Source of the DNA: Candidatus Omnitrophota bacterium
GTDB lineage: Bacteria; Omnitrophota; Gorgyraeia; Gygaellales; Profunditerraquicolaceae
Direction: 5' to 3'
NCBI GenBank assembly: GCA_028715415.1
Contig: JAQURX010000009.1
Span: 11,807-75,806, forward strand
Length of the DNA: 64,000 nt
Part shown: one piece after another, positions 19,039-33,682 of the stretch
How positions within the stretch are numbered: position 1 is the first letter of the stretch
How the letters are laid out: each line of letters begins with the position of its first letter
Program-made: the position numbers and the translations under genes
The notes under the pieces: generated by a model
The model's database searches: none
Told to the model about the DNA's origin: nothing
What the model saw: the letters and a program-made list of their open reading frames with translations, nothing else

Positions 19039-20705
19039 TATGCTAACCCCTCTAACATCTTATTGATTGCTTCGCCTGCCGGAACCATCGGAAACACATT
19101 CTCTTCAGGCTCAACATGAAAATCAACGAAAACAGTATTTTCTATTTTAAGCATTTTCTCTAAAGCAGCTCGCACGTCTTCTTTTTTAGTTACACGCATC
19201 CCAACTGCATTATAACTCTCTGCTAATTTTACAAAATCAGGGCTCGTGATACACACGCCAGAATAACGTCTCTTATAAAAGAGCTCCTGCCACTGCCGCA
19301 CCATTCCTAAATAACCGTTGTTCAAAATAACCACCTTTACATTTATCTTATTACACACACAAGTAGCGAGCTCCTGGATATTCATCTGGATTGAACCGTC
19401 CCCCGCTATATCAATAACTTGCTTTTCCGGGCATCCAATCTTTGCTCCCATTGCAGCAGGAAAACCAAAACCCATTGTGCCTAATCCCCCGCTTGAGAGA
19501 AAAGTGCGTGGCTTAATATATTTATACCATTGCGCTGCCCACATCTGGTTTTGCCCGACTTCAGTTGTAATAATTGCGTCTCCCTTGGTCAAATCCCAAA
19601 GTTGTTCAATAACATACTGCGGCTTAATAATACCCGCGCTATCTTTATATTTAAGAGGGAATTTTTTCTTCCAACCATCTATTGTCTTAAGCCAAGCTGA
19701 AGTATCGGCTTTCTTCTTTATCTCTTCTAATAATTCTCCAAGGATATTTTTAGCATCTCCTACAATCGGGATGTCCACCCGGATATTCTTGCTTATAGAG
19801 GATGGGTCAATATCAATATGGATTACTTTTGCTCCAGGCGCGAATGTATCAGTTCTACCGGTAACGCGGTCATCAAAACGAGCACCAACTGCGATAATTA
19901 AATCAGCCTCGGTAATTGCATGATTTGCATAGGCTGTCCCATGCATACCAAGCATACCCAAAGACAACTCGTTTGTCGCCGGAAAACATCCAATACCCAT
20001 TAAAGTCCAGGTTACCGGGGCTTGAATCTTTTCTGCTAAAGCCTTTAATTCCCGATGAGCACCCGAAGTAATTATCCCGCCACCTGCATAAATTACAGGC
20101 TTTTTTGCGTTAACAATAAATTTAGCTGCTTTTTTAATTTGACCGGGATGCCCAAAAAGCGTTGGCTTATAACCTTTAATTTCTACTTCCTCGGGCCAGA
20201 TAAATTCCGTATCCTGAAGCTGCACATCAGAAGGAATATCAATTAAAACCGGGCCGGGCCTGCCAGTTGAAGCAATCAAAAAAGCTTCCCGTACAGTCCT
20301 TGCCAAATCCTTAATATCTTTAACTAAATAATTGTGCTTTGTAATCGGGCGTGTTATACCTGTAACATCAGCCTCCTGAAAAGCGTCATTACCGATAAGA
20401 AAGCTTTTAACTTGGCCCGTAATTGCCACCATTGGGATTGAATCCATATAAGCATTGGCAATACCAGTAGTAAGATTAGTTGCTCCGGGCCCGCTGGTTG
20501 CAAGGCAAACTCCAGTTTTTCCGGTTGCGCGAGAATAGCCATCAGCAGCATGCGCTGCACCTTGCTCATGGCGCACCAGGATAAACTTAATATCTGAATC
20601 ATAAAGCTTATCAAACAAAGGCAAAACCTGTCCGCCCGGGTAACCAAAAATCACCTCAACGCCTTCACGCTTCAAACACTCAATTAATATTTGTGCACCT
20701 GTCAT
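19038..20705 (-). CDS. ilvB: acetolactate synthase large subunit
   Basis: 555 aa thiamine-diphosphate enzyme (GYPGG...GDGS). Confidence 0.9.
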   Translation of the reverse strand: MTGAQILIECLKREGVEVIFGYPGGQVLPLFDKLYDSDIKFILVRHEQGAAHAADGYSRATGKTGVCLATSGPGATNLTTGIANAYMDSIPMVAITGQVKSFLIGNDAFQEADVTGITRPITKHNYLVKDIKDLARTVREAFLIASTGRPGPVLIDIPSDVQLQDTEFIWPEEVEIKGYKPTLFGHPGQIKKAAKFIVNAKKPVIYAGGGIITSGAHRELKALAEKIQAPVTWTLMGIGCFPATNELSLGMLGMHGTAYANHAITEADLIIAVGARFDDRVTGRTDTFAPGAKVIHIDIDPSSISKNIRVDIPIVGDAKNILGELLEEIKKKADTSAWLKTIDGWKKKFPLKYKDSAGIIKPQYVIEQLWDLTKGDAIITTEVGQNQMWAAQWYKYIKPRTFLSSGGLGTMGFGFPAAMGAKIGCPEKQVIDIAGDGSIQMNIQELATCVCNKINVKVVILNNGYLGMVRQWQELFYKRRYSGVCITSPDFVKLAESYNAVGMRVTKKEDVRAALEKMLKIENTVFVDFHVEPEENVFPMVPAGEAINKMLEGLA

Positions 20706-22354
20706 TTTAATACCGCACCTTTATCCGCTGAAGAAACTAATCTTGAATAACGCGCCAAATATCCTTTTTTAATCTTTGGCTCAATCGGTTTCCAAGCCTT
20801 TAATCTTTTTTGAATTTCTGTATTCGTCAATTTTACGTCTATTTTTCTATTCGTAATATCAATTGTGATTATATCACCGTCTTTTAATATAGCAATGGGC
20901 CCGCCCGATTTTGCCTCAGGAGAAACATGCCCTATACAAGGGCCTTTTGTCCCTCCAGAGAAGCGTCCATCAGTAATTAAAGCAACTGAATCAGTCAACC
21001 CCATACCAACAATTGCTGAAGTAGGCGCTAACATCTCACGCATACCAGGCCCTCCTGCTGGGCCTTCATAGCGGATAACTATAACCTCGCCGCCTTTGAT
21101 TTTCCCATTAAGGATTGCCTGCATTGCTTCTTCTTCCTGATTAAACACAACGGCTTTGCCAGTAAACTTCATCATCTTTGCATTCACTGCTGCCTGCTTT
21201 ACGATTGCGCCATCAGGAGCAATATTACCAAATAAAATCGCAAGCCCGCCTTCTTTATGATATGCTTTGTTAAACGGACGAATCACATCTTCATCATAAA
21301 TTTCCGCAGAATCCGCGATATCATATACTTTTTTACCGCTTAATGTTAATGTATTATTTAATTTGCTCTTTAACCTCTTAAGAACAGCGGGAATCCCTCC
21401 TGCATATTCCAAGTCTTCCATATAATGAGCTCCCACCGGCTCTAAAGAAGTGATATGCGGGGTAGTTTTGCCGATTTTATCAAATGATTTTAAATCAAAA
21501 TCTACTCCTGCCTCATGGGCAATAGCCATTAAATGCAAGACTGTATTACTTGAGCCACCTAATGCCATATCAACTACAATTGCATTCTCTATAGATTGCT
21601 TGGTAATAATATCAAGCGGCTTAATATCTTTTTTCACCAATTCAACAATGCGTTCTCCGCTTGCCTGTGCAATCCTGCGCTTTTTTGCAGAGGCTGCTAA
21701 AGCAGTGCCGCATCCGGGTAATGACATACCCATAGTTTCGGTTAAACATGCCATGGTATTTGCTGTATATAACCCCTGGCAAGAACCAGCGCCCGGACAT
21801 GCTTCCTGCTCAAGACAAACTACTTCTTCCGGAGAAATCTTACCTTGTTTTGCCAAGGCAACAGCTTCAAAAGTATCATGCACAAAAGCAAGCTTTCTTT
21901 GTTTGTAGCGTCCTGAAAGCATTGGTCCTGCAGTAACAATAATCGCTGGAATATTTAAGCGCGCAACACCCATAAGCATACCGGGAGTAATTTTATCGCA
22001 ATTAGTAAGACAAACTATGCCGTCTAATTGATGCGCATTACAGACTGTTTCAATTGTATCAGCAACAATTTCACGAAGAGCCAGAGGATAACACATCCCC
22101 AAATGCCCCATAGCAAGCCCGTCGCAGATACCAGGCACACCAAACAGAAAAGGTACGCCTCCGCCATAGCAAACGCCGCGTTCAATAAAACGCTCAAGGT
22201 CCCGCATACCAACATGGCCGGGAATCAAATCAGTAAAAGATGTAGCAATCCCAATAAATGGCCTATCTAAATCTTTTCTTGATAAACCGGTTGCATGCAA
22301 TAATGCGCGATGCGGAATCCTCTCAACACCTTTTTTAATTTTATCTGAACGCAT
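20702..22354 (-). CDS. ilvD: dihydroxy-acid dehydratase
   Basis: 550 aa; [19 protein letters not shown] and CIGHVSPEA motifs. Confidence 0.9.
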   Translation of the reverse strand: MRSDKIKKGVERIPHRALLHATGLSRKDLDRPFIGIATSFTDLIPGHVGMRDLERFIERGVCYGGGVPFLFGVPGICDGLAMGHLGMCYPLALREIVADTIETVCNAHQLDGIVCLTNCDKITPGMLMGVARLNIPAIIVTAGPMLSGRYKQRKLAFVHDTFEAVALAKQGKISPEEVVCLEQEACPGAGSCQGLYTANTMACLTETMGMSLPGCGTALAASAKKRRIAQASGERIVELVKKDIKPLDIITKQSIENAIVVDMALGGSSNTVLHLMAIAHEAGVDFDLKSFDKIGKTTPHITSLEPVGAHYMEDLEYAGGIPAVLKRLKSKLNNTLTLSGKKVYDIADSAEIYDEDVIRPFNKAYHKEGGLAILFGNIAPDGAIVKQAAVNAKMMKFTGKAVVFNQEEEAMQAILNGKIKGGEVIVIRYEGPAGGPGMREMLAPTSAIVGMGLTDSVALITDGRFSGGTKGPCIGHVSPEAKSGGPIAILKDGDIITIDITNRKIDVKLTNTEIQKRLKAWKPIEPKIKKGYLARYSRLVSSADKGAVLK

Positions 22355-22377
22355 ATTAAATCTCCTTGTGGATAAAA

Positions 22378-23703
22378 CTAATCAGCACCTTCTCCGTCAT
22401 GAACTACCCCGGAATCTTCAATAGGCTTACGCACAATAACGCGTTTTAAAACTGTATATTTATCAACCAATTCTTTATTATTAACATTGTTCAATTGCTT
22501 AAATAGAAAATCAAACTTCGCCTCTATCTGGGCAGCAATCTTTCCACGCACATCATTAGGCAAACTCATTATGTCTTTCTTGAATTGCCCAAGTGCTTTT
22601 TTACGTGCCTTATAGAAAAACTGCTCATCGCTTTCGCCTTCTTTTCTTTCTGAGGCAGCATTTATCTTTAACCAATCATACATTTTTGCTTTCAGGTCTT
22701 TAGGAAAATATTCACTATCAAGCATCATATTCTGAAAACCTGTTGCTAAATGCACTTCTGCAGCATCAGATTCTGAGAATTTATGGAATGCTTCGTCCGG
22801 CAAAGTTGAAGCGCCATGCTGAACTGCACCGGCTAAGCCATATTCTTTTTTCGCAAGTTCAGAAATTGTCTTTAATGTATTAAAATCAAGCGCAACAGTA
22901 GCTATTGAGCCATCAGGTAAGACTACTCCGCCATGTGAAGTACCTGTTTGAATGCTGATCTTGCTTATCCCGATTCTTCCTTTACGTAATTTTTCTTTAA
23001 ACCCGTCCATAAATGCGCGCAAATCTTCGGGAGTTGAATTCTGATGCCCTACTTCACCGATTTCACCGCCGACTGAAACCTCAATCCCTCGCGGCTGGAT
23101 CTGGCGGATAAATTGAGTAAGCTTTGCACAAATTTCATAATTAAGTAGCTGCTGCTTTTTAATATCGGTCTTTGACAAATCTACTACAGTTGAAGAATCA
23201 ATATCAATGTTATAAAACCCTGCTTCAACAGCGTCTTTAATTAATGCTTTTAAAGCCTCCAATTCCTTCTCCGGGTCTTCCTTATATTTCTTTGCATTAA
23301 CCTGAGTGTGGTCCGCCTGAATAAAAACAGGGCCCTTGTGCCCTTCTTTAAGAGCTGCTGCCAGCACAACTGCAGAATATTCCTGAGGAATCTGGTTGGT
23401 ATAGCCCATTTCAGACTTGGCAATTTCAAAAATAAATGCACTAGTGTTATTCTTCTTACCTGTTCTAAATAAAGCGCGTGCCAAATCATAAGTCATACTT
23501 CTTAAATTTATCGCAGGCACTGTAAACCCGCTAAATTCACCCTTACCTCTTGCCATATAAAATTCATGGATACTCGCCGGATAAACTCCATTTTTATAAG
23601 CGATATCAAGTATTTTCTTTGATAATGCTTTCTTCTTCGCAACATCATCAGTCATTATTAAATCCATTGCTATTTTTTCTACATCCAAAGGCCTTCTCCC
23701 CAT
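22378..23703 (-). CDS. class II (metal-dependent) fructose/ketose-bisphosphate aldolase family protein, long form
   Basis: 441 aa; IQADHTQ and [11 protein letters not shown] resemble the class II FBA catalytic core with insertions. Adjacent to pfkA. Confidence 0.5.
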   Translation of the reverse strand: MGRRPLDVEKIAMDLIMTDDVAKKKALSKKILDIAYKNGVYPASIHEFYMARGKGEFSGFTVPAINLRSMTYDLARALFRTGKKNNTSAFIFEIAKSEMGYTNQIPQEYSAVVLAAALKEGHKGPVFIQADHTQVNAKKYKEDPEKELEALKALIKDAVEAGFYNIDIDSSTVVDLSKTDIKKQQLLNYEICAKLTQFIRQIQPRGIEVSVGGEIGEVGHQNSTPEDLRAFMDGFKEKLRKGRIGISKISIQTGTSHGGVVLPDGSIATVALDFNTLKTISELAKKEYGLAGAVQHGASTLPDEAFHKFSESDAAEVHLATGFQNMMLDSEYFPKDLKAKMYDWLKINAASERKEGESDEQFFYKARKKALGQFKKDIMSLPNDVRGKIAAQIEAKFDFLFKQLNNVNNKELVDKYTVLKRVIVRKPIEDSGVVHDGEGAD

Positions 23704-23730
23704 CTTAAATCTACCTCCCCTTTATTCTTT

Positions 23731-25961
<2,231 letters not shown>

Positions 25962-25978
25962 TCAATTCTTTAATTTAA

Positions 25979-27145
25979 TTATAATTTAGCTGCTGCTTTC
26001 TTTAATGCTGCTACTTTATCTGTTTTCTCCCACTTAAAATCATCTCTTCCAAAATGCCCGTAGCAGGCAGTTTTTCTGTAGATAGGTTGCAGTAAATCCA
26101 AAGAACTAATTATCCCTCTAGGAGTAAGTTCAAAATTTTCTCTGATAAGCTTTACTAACCTTTCATCGGTTAACTTTCCAGTGCCATAAGTATCAACGTA
26201 AATAGATAAAGGCTCCGAATAGCCGATAACATAAGACAACTGCACCATGAATTTATCCGCTAAACCCGCAGCTACCATATTTTTTGCAATGTAACGACAG
26301 GCATAGGCTGCTGATCTATCCACCTTAGTCGGATCCTTACCGGAAAAAGCGCCTCCGCCATGCGGAACGCTTCCACCATAAGTATCTACAATAATCTTTC
26401 TTCCGGTCATACCGGTGTCAGACTGAGGCCCGCCTACAACAAATTTTCCCGTCTGATTAACGTAATATTTCGTATCTTTATCAATCAAGTCTTTTAAAAT
26501 TGGCTGCGCAATAACTTCAATCATCTCCTGCCGCGCCTTTTGAGTGATATTTTTTCCCGTCTTATCCAAAATATCCTCGGTATGCTGGCAAGCCATTACC
26601 ACAGAATCAACTCGTTTAGCAACTCCATCGTGGTACTCAACTGTCACCTGAGATTTAGAATCAGGGCCTAAGTACTTTAAAGTATTCGATCTACGCACAT
26701 CCGCCATACGCTTTACTAATCTATGCGCTAACATTATAGGAAGAGGCATGTATTCCTCGGTCTCTTTACAGGCATAACCAAACATAATACCCTGATCCCC
26801 TGCTCCACCGGTATTTACACCCTGTGCAATATCAGGAGACTGGCTATTAATAGTATTGATAATTGCGCATGTCTCATAATCAAAACCGTACTTTGGATGA
26901 GTATAGCCGATTTCTTTGATAATGTTGCGCGCGAGTTTCTGTATATCTATATAGGCATTGGTCGTAATTTCACCGCCAACGATTAAAAGCCCCATCGTAA
27001 CATAAGTTTCACAGGCAACCCTACTTACTTCTTTCTTAGGATCAAGCTTCAAAACTTCATCTAATACACCGTCTGATATCTGATCGCATACTTTATCCGG
27101 ATGCCCCTCGCCAACTGACTCTGAAGTAAAAAAATGTTTACGCAT
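25979..27145 (-). CDS. metK: S-adenosylmethionine synthetase
   Basis: 388 aa; [13 protein letters not shown] and [16 protein letters not shown] motifs. Confidence 0.9.
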   Translation of the reverse strand: MRKHFFTSESVGEGHPDKVCDQISDGVLDEVLKLDPKKEVSRVACETYVTMGLLIVGGEITTNAYIDIQKLARNIIKEIGYTHPKYGFDYETCAIINTINSQSPDIAQGVNTGGAGDQGIMFGYACKETEEYMPLPIMLAHRLVKRMADVRRSNTLKYLGPDSKSQVTVEYHDGVAKRVDSVVMACQHTEDILDKTGKNITQKARQEMIEVIAQPILKDLIDKDTKYYVNQTGKFVVGGPQSDTGMTGRKIIVDTYGGSVPHGGGAFSGKDPTKVDRSAAYACRYIAKNMVAAGLADKFMVQLSYVIGYSEPLSIYVDTYGTGKLTDERLVKLIRENFELTPRGIISSLDLLQPIYRKTACYGHFGRDDFKWEKTDKVAALKKAAAKL

Positions 27146-27177
27146 TTTACCTGTTTCCTCCCTTTCTTTACAACTGG

Positions 27178-27921
27178 TTAATTATTAGCAAATTCTTCCT
27201 TAGCTTCATTATAATACTTGTAGTCTCCAATATCAAACCATCTGCCGCGAAATACAAAACCATAGACTGAAACTTTTTTTCTTAGCCAATCAATATAAAG
27301 GCCTGTTGCATCATGCTTGTTGACACGGCTATCCATATATTCCTTAATAAGCCTCAACTCTTTAGCAGGAAAATAATATAAACACATTGCAACTAAGGTA
27401 GATTTAGGAAATTTTGGCTTTTCTTGAAAATCAATAATCTTGTTTTCCTTATCTACTTTAATCACTCCGTATTTTTTTGCAAAAGACTTTTTACCAATGT
27501 CATAAGCACCGATTACGGGGCTAGGCTTATTCTTTTCTGCAAATGAAATAAAATCGCTTAATGAACCATCAAAAATATTATCCCCACCTACAACCAATAA
27601 ATCATCCTTAATCTTTCTATCCTTTATAGCAAAAAATGTATCCCCAATTGCACCTCTTCTATCCGTTAAATCCTTGGTTAAATCATCAACCAGGCTTAAG
27701 GTTTTCTTGGTTTTAATTTTTTCCGCCCAAGACTGGAAACGATGGATAAACTTAGAATTTGTCACAACAATAATTTCATCTATCTCAGGGACTTGCGACA
27801 ACCTATCTACTATATAATCAATTATCGGCCTTTTGCCTATATGAAGTAGAGGCTTTGGATAATCCTTTGTTAAAGGATAAAGCCTTGTTGCGTACCCTGC
27901 TGCTAAAATTAATGCTTTCAT
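27178..27921 (-). CDS. sugar-phosphate nucleotidyltransferase (mannose-1-P guanylyl-/glucose-1-P thymidylyltransferase-like)
   Basis: 247 aa; [26 protein letters not shown] matches the NTP-transferase family N-terminus. Confidence 0.7.
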   Translation of the reverse strand: MKALILAAGYATRLYPLTKDYPKPLLHIGKRPIIDYIVDRLSQVPEIDEIIVVTNSKFIHRFQSWAEKIKTKKTLSLVDDLTKDLTDRRGAIGDTFFAIKDRKIKDDLLVVGGDNIFDGSLSDFISFAEKNKPSPVIGAYDIGKKSFAKKYGVIKVDKENKIIDFQEKPKFPKSTLVAMCLYYFPAKELRLIKEYMDSRVNKHDATGLYIDWLRKKVSVYGFVFRGRWFDIGDYKYYNEAKEEFANN

Positions 27922-27922
27922 T

Positions 27923-29002
27923 TTATGAATTTAACTTACCCTTGGCAAGCTCCTGCTTTAGATAATTAATATTATCAATTGGCGTTGGGTCAATTCCGCG
28001 AAGAATCGCAAGGTAAAACGAAATAAAGTCCCCAATATAAACAAGAGAGAATATCCTACTTAACAGCTCCGTTCCTCTACTATGAATCTCATTAACCTCA
28101 ACACCTCTTTTACGAATCAAATCCCGGACAATATCCATTCTTTTTGAGATTCTCGGGTTAATAAAATTATCCCTAAACATAATTACTGAAACATTTTTTA
28201 ATATTCTTCTTTCGGCTTGCCACCCCATAATCTCATTATGGCTTACTTCAGGGAACACATTGCTGGACGCAAGAACTTTTGAATTTTCGTTAAGCTGCCC
28301 CTTAAAACGCACTGCACAAGCCTCAAAGTAAATTGAAGGAGCATAAATAACCGGAAACCTGTTATATAATCTAAAAGCGATGTGCTTGGCTATGTTATCT
28401 TTTTGCCCTATATGTGGATTAAGATTCAAATCCCGTAATGATTCAAGAACGCTAGACAACCTTATCACTTCATCACGAACATCTTTAATTAAGCCAAGTT
28501 TGGCCAAGATACATAAAGGAATTATACTTAAATACCCAAGACCGCATCTAGGAGGGATATTAGGCGGAACTTCTATAAACACCTCCTTATCCCTTAAGGC
28601 ACATTCTTTTAGTAACCCACCGGAAGAAACAACGATTACTTTCCCACCCAGTTCTACGGCACTCTTGTAAGCACTCAGCGTCTCTTCAGTGTTACCTGAA
28701 TAGCTTACAACAAAAACAAGCGTATTGTTGTCAATATAAGCCGGAGGATCATAATCCCTTATTACCGAAACAGAAACCTTGCTTTCAAAATATAGATATG
28801 ACTTTACAAGGTCGCTGCCGATAGCTGAACCGCCAGAACCAAGAAAAACAACCTTAGTAATATCCTTGAAACTCGCAGGCAATGAAACTTTATCCGCAAT
28901 ACTTATTGCAACTTTGCACTGAACGGGGAAATCCAACAAAATATCCAATAAACCCGATTTATCAATTTTATTTATAGTGCCGAGAGAAAGGCTTCTTCTC
29001 AC
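27923..29002 (-). CDS. bifunctional phosphoglucose/phosphomannose isomerase (SIS-domain, archaeal-type PGI/PMI)
   Basis: 359 aa with two SIS-like segments ([11 protein letters not shown]). Confidence 0.6.
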   Translation of the reverse strand: MRRSLSLGTINKIDKSGLLDILLDFPVQCKVAISIADKVSLPASFKDITKVVFLGSGGSAIGSDLVKSYLYFESKVSVSVIRDYDPPAYIDNNTLVFVVSYSGNTEETLSAYKSAVELGGKVIVVSSGGLLKECALRDKEVFIEVPPNIPPRCGLGYLSIIPLCILAKLGLIKDVRDEVIRLSSVLESLRDLNLNPHIGQKDNIAKHIAFRLYNRFPVIYAPSIYFEACAVRFKGQLNENSKVLASSNVFPEVSHNEIMGWQAERRILKNVSVIMFRDNFINPRISKRMDIVRDLIRKRGVEVNEIHSRGTELLSRIFSLVYIGDFISFYLAILRGIDPTPIDNINYLKQELAKGKLNS

Positions 29003-30732
29003 TTTAAAATCTCTTTGACTTTCAACTGACTGAATTCTTCAACTTCTTTTCCTGTAGAAAGCTTTAAGGCTTCCAAAGCAATCTCCTGGGCCTGCTTTAA
29101 AGTAACAGAACGAATAATATACTTTAACTCGGGGATAACTTGCGGTGGCATACTAAATTCATCAAGGCCCAATCCTAGAAGTATCAAAGCAAAATTTGGC
29201 TCCCCTGCCATTTCTCCGCACATCCCTACTTTAATATTTGCATTATGAGCTGAATCAACAATATTTTTTATAAGCCTTAATACTGCTGGATGCGCAGGAT
29301 CATAAAGGTAAGCCACCTTTTCATTTGCACGGTCGACAGCAAGCGAATACTGAATCAAATCATTTGTTCCAATGCTAAAGAAATCCGCTTCCTGTGCCAA
29401 AATATCAGCAGTCAAAGCTGCTGAAGGAACTTCAATCATAGCACCAACCTTGATATCGTTATTAAATGGGACTCCTTTACTTCTTAATTCTTCCTTAGCT
29501 TCTTCTAATATCTTATTAGCTTGTTTTAATTCTTCAATACCAGAAATCATCGGATACATTAACTTTAGATTTCCATGCACAGAAGCTCTCAATATCGCCC
29601 TCAACTGTAACTTAAATGTATCCGGCTGGGCAAGGCAAAACCTGATAGCGCGCCAGCCAAGAAACGGCTGCATCTCATGAGGGACTTGGAATTGCGATAA
29701 GAATTTATCTCCGCCCAAATCAAGCGTACGTATAATTACAGGGTAAGGATTCATTTCTTTCGCTACATATTCATAAGCCTGATAGTGCTCCTCTTCAGTA
29801 GGGGCATCTTTTCTATTCATATAGAAGAATTCCGTGCGATACAAACCAATCCCTTGCGCACCATGTATTTTTACCGATGGAACTTCATCAGGGAATTCTA
29901 TGTTTGCGGTTATTTCAATCCTCTTTCCATCAAGGGTAACTGCCTCAAGGTCCTTAGCCGACATGAATCCTGCGGCGACTCCTTTTAACCTCTCCTCCTC
30001 CTTCTGATAGAAACGTAAAGTCTCTTCATCGGGATTGATAATAATAACCCCTGTGCTTCCGTCAACTATTAATATATCCTGCGGCTTAATCTTAAGAGTT
30101 GCGTCTTCCACTCCGACGACTGCCGGGATTTCCAAAGATTTTGCCATAATGGCAGTGTGTGACGTCTTTCCTCCTACATCAGTTACAAAGCCAGCTACAT
30201 TTTGCTTATGCATTGCCGCTGTATCCGAAGGGGAAAGATCGTGGGCAACAACAATTACTTTTTCTTTTAAATCACTTAAACCGACTCGTTCCTTGCCTCC
30301 TAAAAGATGCCGTAAAATTCTCTTACCAACATCATTAATGTCTGAAATACGTTCCTTAAGATACTCATCTTCAATCTTAGAGAACACCTCAATATATTTC
30401 TTTAAAACTCCGGAAAATATATACGCTACATTTACCTGTTCTTTTTTTAGGCGAGAAATTACTTCCTCAATAAGCATCCTGTCTTCTAAAACCAAAAGAT
30501 GCGCGTCAAAAATCTGAGCTTCCTCCTGCCCCATCTCGGCACTGATTCTTTTCTGCAGCTCAATAATCTCCCTGCGGGTTTTAATTAAGGCTTCTTCAAA
30601 AATCTGTATCTGCAAAGGTATTTCTTCCTCGCGGATTGCCTCCTTGGGGATCTCAAATTCCTCCCTGCCTACTTTATAAGCAGGAGCAATACTTATCCCG
30701 CTTGCCGCAGCTATACCTTTTATCTGAATCAT
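28999..30732 (-). CDS. ptsI: phosphoenolpyruvate-protein phosphotransferase (PTS enzyme I)
   Basis: 577 aa; phospho-His segment [21 protein letters not shown] and PEP-utilizing C-terminal domain. Confidence 0.85.
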   Translation of the reverse strand: MIQIKGIAAASGISIAPAYKVGREEFEIPKEAIREEEIPLQIQIFEEALIKTRREIIELQKRISAEMGQEEAQIFDAHLLVLEDRMLIEEVISRLKKEQVNVAYIFSGVLKKYIEVFSKIEDEYLKERISDINDVGKRILRHLLGGKERVGLSDLKEKVIVVAHDLSPSDTAAMHKQNVAGFVTDVGGKTSHTAIMAKSLEIPAVVGVEDATLKIKPQDILIVDGSTGVIIINPDEETLRFYQKEEERLKGVAAGFMSAKDLEAVTLDGKRIEITANIEFPDEVPSVKIHGAQGIGLYRTEFFYMNRKDAPTEEEHYQAYEYVAKEMNPYPVIIRTLDLGGDKFLSQFQVPHEMQPFLGWRAIRFCLAQPDTFKLQLRAILRASVHGNLKLMYPMISGIEELKQANKILEEAKEELRSKGVPFNNDIKVGAMIEVPSAALTADILAQEADFFSIGTNDLIQYSLAVDRANEKVAYLYDPAHPAVLRLIKNIVDSAHNANIKVGMCGEMAGEPNFALILLGLGLDEFSMPPQVIPELKYIIRSVTLKQAQEIALEALKLSTGKEVEEFSQLKVKEILK

Positions 30733-30998
30733 ATTTCTTCCTCGCTTACTATTATCTTTTCAAGCTCGCCTAAAGCAGCTTCTGCATCAATCCCATCTGC
30801 CTCGATAATGATAGTGCTTCCTCTTTCAGCTCCAAGCATAAGAATACCCATAATTGATTTCCCGTTTACCTCTTCTTCATCATGTTTAACAGTAATGCGG
30901 GAGTCAAATTTATTAGCAATCTGCACAAATAGCGCAGCTGGCCGCGCGTGCAGGCCTTGCTTATTCTGTACAGTTAACTTCTTTTTAAATACCGGCAT
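30729..30998 (-). CDS. ptsH: phosphocarrier protein HPr
   Basis: 89 aa; active-site His15 in GLHARPAA and Ser46 region KSIMGI. Confidence 0.85.
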   Translation of the reverse strand: MPVFKKKLTVQNKQGLHARPAALFVQIANKFDSRITVKHDEEEVNGKSIMGILMLGAERGSTIIIEADGIDAEAALGELEKIIVSEEEI

Positions 30999-31000
30999 TC

Positions 31001-32245
31001 TTAAATTTCCTCAATTAAACCTAAAACAATTCTTGCTAATTTCTGGGGATCATGCCTAACCACATCTGTTTCAACTATGCCAAAATCGTCTTCAATAACA
31101 CGATACCCCATATTCTCAATTTTTTTCCGATCATTAACGACAAGATAAGAACCCTGTTCAGCGTAACGTTTAAGTATCTCTTGTGAAATCTCCCCGGTAT
31201 TTACAACACAATAATCAATTATACGCGGGCTACTGTGAGTAACAAGAGTCTTAATATGGTCGGATGCACTAAATCCATCAGTTTCTCCGGGTTGAGTCAT
31301 AGCATTACAAACATAAACTTTAATCGCACTGGAAGCAGCGATAGCGTCAGAAATTTCTTTTATTAAAAGATTCGGTATAATACTCGTATACAAAGAACCC
31401 GGACCCAAGATAATAAGCTGGGCATCATTAATAACCTTTATAGCCTCGGGAGTCGCTTGAGGATTAGCCGGATTAAGATAGACCTTATCAATAGGCTTAA
31501 GAGCTTTAGGGATCTTTTCTTCTCCCTCAGTCTTCGAGCCATCTTTATGCAAAGCTACCAAATTTACATTGCTTAACGTTGAAGGAATTACCTGCCCTCT
31601 TAAAGCCAAGACTTTACTTGTTTCCTTTATCGCCTTCTCAAAATCTCCGGTTAACCTGGTCATCGCTGTAATAAAAAGATTTCCGAAACTATGCCCCGCA
31701 AGATCGGAATTCTTATCAAACCGGAATTGAAATAAGTCGCGCATCAAAACAGGCGCATCTGCTAACGCTACAAGGCAATTACGTATATCACCCGGAGGGA
31801 GAATATCAAACTGCTGCCTAAGCCTGCCGCTTGAGCCTCCATCATCTGCAACAGTAACGATTGCGGAAATATTGGATGTATATTCCTTTAAACCCATCAA
31901 CAAAACAGACAAACCAGTACCACCACCAACCGTTACAATCTTAGGCCCCCGGCTTAGATGCTTTTTCTTATATAAAATATCAACTATGCCTGAGGTATCT
32001 TTGGAAGAAGGCATTATTACAGCAAAGAAGGAACGAATAAGCCTTTTAACACCTAAAATTAAAATTATTATTCCCGAAAAAACTATTCCTGCATCAAGTA
32101 TCTGGATCAGCCAAAATGCATCATTGCGCAGATAAGCAGTGCCTAAAATTAGCAAAATAACTCCGAAAGCGCTTAGGCCTACCCAGCGCTTTATCCCTAT
32201 ACCGGGATACAACCATTTAAAGATGCCGCTTACTCTTTTTACCAT
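31001..32245 (-). CDS. yvcK: gluconeogenesis factor YvcK (CofD-like, UPF0052) with N-terminal membrane anchor
   Basis: 414 aa; TVGGGTGLSVLL...VADDGGSSGRLR family motifs, preceded by two TM helices. Confidence 0.75.
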   Translation of the reverse strand: MVKRVSGIFKWLYPGIGIKRWVGLSAFGVILLILGTAYLRNDAFWLIQILDAGIVFSGIIILILGVKRLIRSFFAVIMPSSKDTSGIVDILYKKKHLSRGPKIVTVGGGTGLSVLLMGLKEYTSNISAIVTVADDGGSSGRLRQQFDILPPGDIRNCLVALADAPVLMRDLFQFRFDKNSDLAGHSFGNLFITAMTRLTGDFEKAIKETSKVLALRGQVIPSTLSNVNLVALHKDGSKTEGEEKIPKALKPIDKVYLNPANPQATPEAIKVINDAQLIILGPGSLYTSIIPNLLIKEISDAIAASSAIKVYVCNAMTQPGETDGFSASDHIKTLVTHSSPRIIDYCVVNTGEISQEILKRYAEQGSYLVVNDRKKIENMGYRVIEDDFGIVETDVVRHDPQKLARIVLGLIEEI

Positions 32246-32263
32246 AATTTAACCGGCACTTTC

Positions 32264-32734
32264 TTAAAGCTTTTTTTCGTCTTCTTCGGTGATTATTTTT
32301 ACTACACTTTTATCGTCAGCGCAATTGCGTAAACTTTCACGAAAATATTTGTCTTTTAATAAACGCGAAATACGAGCCAATGCCTTTAGATGTGGACCTG
32401 CGGAATCTTGAGGAGCGACCAATAAAAAGAAAATATATGCCTGTTCTCCATCAAGAGAGTCAAAATCAACACCCTTTTTTGAGAGACCAAAAGCAGCAAT
32501 CAATTTATCAACACAATCGCATTTAGCATGTGGAATAGCGATACCTTGCCCAATAGCAGTTGAGCCCAAAGACTCCCTATTCATCAATGCCTCAATGAGT
32601 TTGTTGCGGTTTTTCTTATCAATATCTCCCGAATTAATCAAAGCATCCACCAATTCTTTGATAATGTCTTCTTTCTTTGTGGACTTGATATCGGTAACTA
32701 TTGCTTTCTTTGACAAAAAATCCATTATCTGCAT
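32264..32734 (-). CDS. ptsN: PTS EIIA-Ntr (PtsN-like, fructose-type IIA) regulatory protein
   Basis: 156 aa; active-site region GQGIAIPHAKCD. Confidence 0.75.
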   Translation of the reverse strand: MQIMDFLSKKAIVTDIKSTKKEDIIKELVDALINSGDIDKKNRNKLIEALMNRESLGSTAIGQGIAIPHAKCDCVDKLIAAFGLSKKGVDFDSLDGEQAYIFFLLVAPQDSAGPHLKALARISRLLKDKYFRESLRNCADDKSVVKIITEEDEKKL

Positions 32735-32782
32735 AACAATTCTCCTTTATTATTCTTCTTCAATAATGATTTTGAAAGAAAA

Positions 32783-32855
32783 AGCGGGAGACGGGATTCG
32801 AACCCGCGACATTAACCTTGGCAAGGTTACGCTCTACCAACTGAGCCACTCCCGC
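32783..32855 (-). tRNA. tRNA-Gly(GCC)
   Basis: Minus strand GCGGGAGTGGCTCAGTTGGTAGAGCGTAACCTTGCCAAGGTTAATGTCGCGGGTTCGAATCCCGTCTCCCGCT folds as a cloverleaf with anticodon GCC. No encoded CCA. Confidence 0.9.
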
Positions 32856-32893
32856 GTTGTTCGTTGTTACTTAAAAACTTTTTAAAAAACAAA

Positions 32894-32975
32894 TGGGCGG
32901 AAGAGGATTTGAACCTCCAAGGGTTGCCCCAATAGCTCCTAAGGCTATCGTGTCTGCCAGTTCCACCACCCGCCC
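32894..32975 (-). tRNA. tRNA-Leu(TAG), long variable arm
   Basis: Minus strand GGGCGGGTGGTGGAACTGGCAGACACGATAGCCTTAGGAGCTAT...GGTTCAAATCCTCTTCCGCCCA has anticodon loop CTTAGGA. Confidence 0.85.
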
Positions 32976-33013
32976 TTAAAAGGCGAAAAAATTGACTCAT
33001 TTGAAAAATTAAA

Positions 33014-33086
33014 TGAGCCTCCCGAGACTCGAACTCGGCACACGCGGCTTAAAAAGCCGCTGCTCTACCGGATGAGCTAGAGGCCC
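33014..33086 (-). tRNA. tRNA-Lys(TTT)
   Basis: Minus strand GGGCCTCTAGCTCATCCGGTAGAGCAGCGGCTTTTTAAGCCGCGTGTGCCGAGTTCGAGTCTCGGGAGGCTCA has anticodon loop TTTTTAA. Confidence 0.9.
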
Positions 33087-33093
33087 AAATTTA

Positions 33094-33651
33094 TTAACCT
33101 AAGATTTCTTTCTCTTTACTCTTTAATATCTCTTCAACTCTTAGGATATATTTATCTACAAGTTTTTGCAATTCTTCTATTCCACGAAATCTATCATCTT
33201 CAGAGATTACCTTATCTTTTTCTAATTTTTCAACCGACTCTTTGGCATCTCTTCTTATTGTCCTAAGGGAAACTCTTCCTTCTTCAGCCATTTTATGCGC
33301 TACTTTAACCATCTCTTCGCGCCTGTCTTTTGATAATTGGGGGACAGACAACCTAATTACTTTACCGTCGTTAGAAGGAGTTATTCCTAAATTAGATTTT
33401 AAAATTGCCTTTTCAACTTCCGGTATGGCGCTTACATCCCAAGGCTGAATTATAATCAAATGAGCGTCGGGAGCGGAAATTGAAGCTAATTGCTTTAAAA
33501 GTGTAGGCGTGCCATAATAATCTACATGCAGCCCTTCAACCAAATTCGGGCTTGCTCTGCCAGTCCTAACTTCGGAGAATTCGCGGGTAACTGACTCTAA
33601 GGCCTTCTTCATCTTTTCTTCTGTATTATGTAAAATTTCTTTTGCTGTCAT
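33094..33651 (-). CDS. frr: ribosome recycling factor
   Basis: 185 aa, RRF family. Confidence 0.9.
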   Translation of the reverse strand: MTAKEILHNTEEKMKKALESVTREFSEVRTGRASPNLVEGLHVDYYGTPTLLKQLASISAPDAHLIIIQPWDVSAIPEVEKAILKSNLGITPSNDGKVIRLSVPQLSKDRREEMVKVAHKMAEEGRVSLRTIRRDAKESVEKLEKDKVISEDDRFRGIEELQKLVDKYILRVEEILKSKEKEILG

Positions 33652-33682
33652 TTTACCCTCCTAAACAAACCATTACATAAAT

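Noticed and set aside
19318-19923. 201-aa plus-strand ORF inside ilvB
   Set aside because: Antisense to a highly conserved thiamine-diphosphate enzyme gene. Low-complexity Ser/Ile-rich translation, no RBS; typical shadow ORF.
23250-23489. 79-aa minus-strand ORF inside the class II aldolase-like gene
   Set aside because: Alternative frame of a longer conserved CDS; Arg/Leu-rich artefact.
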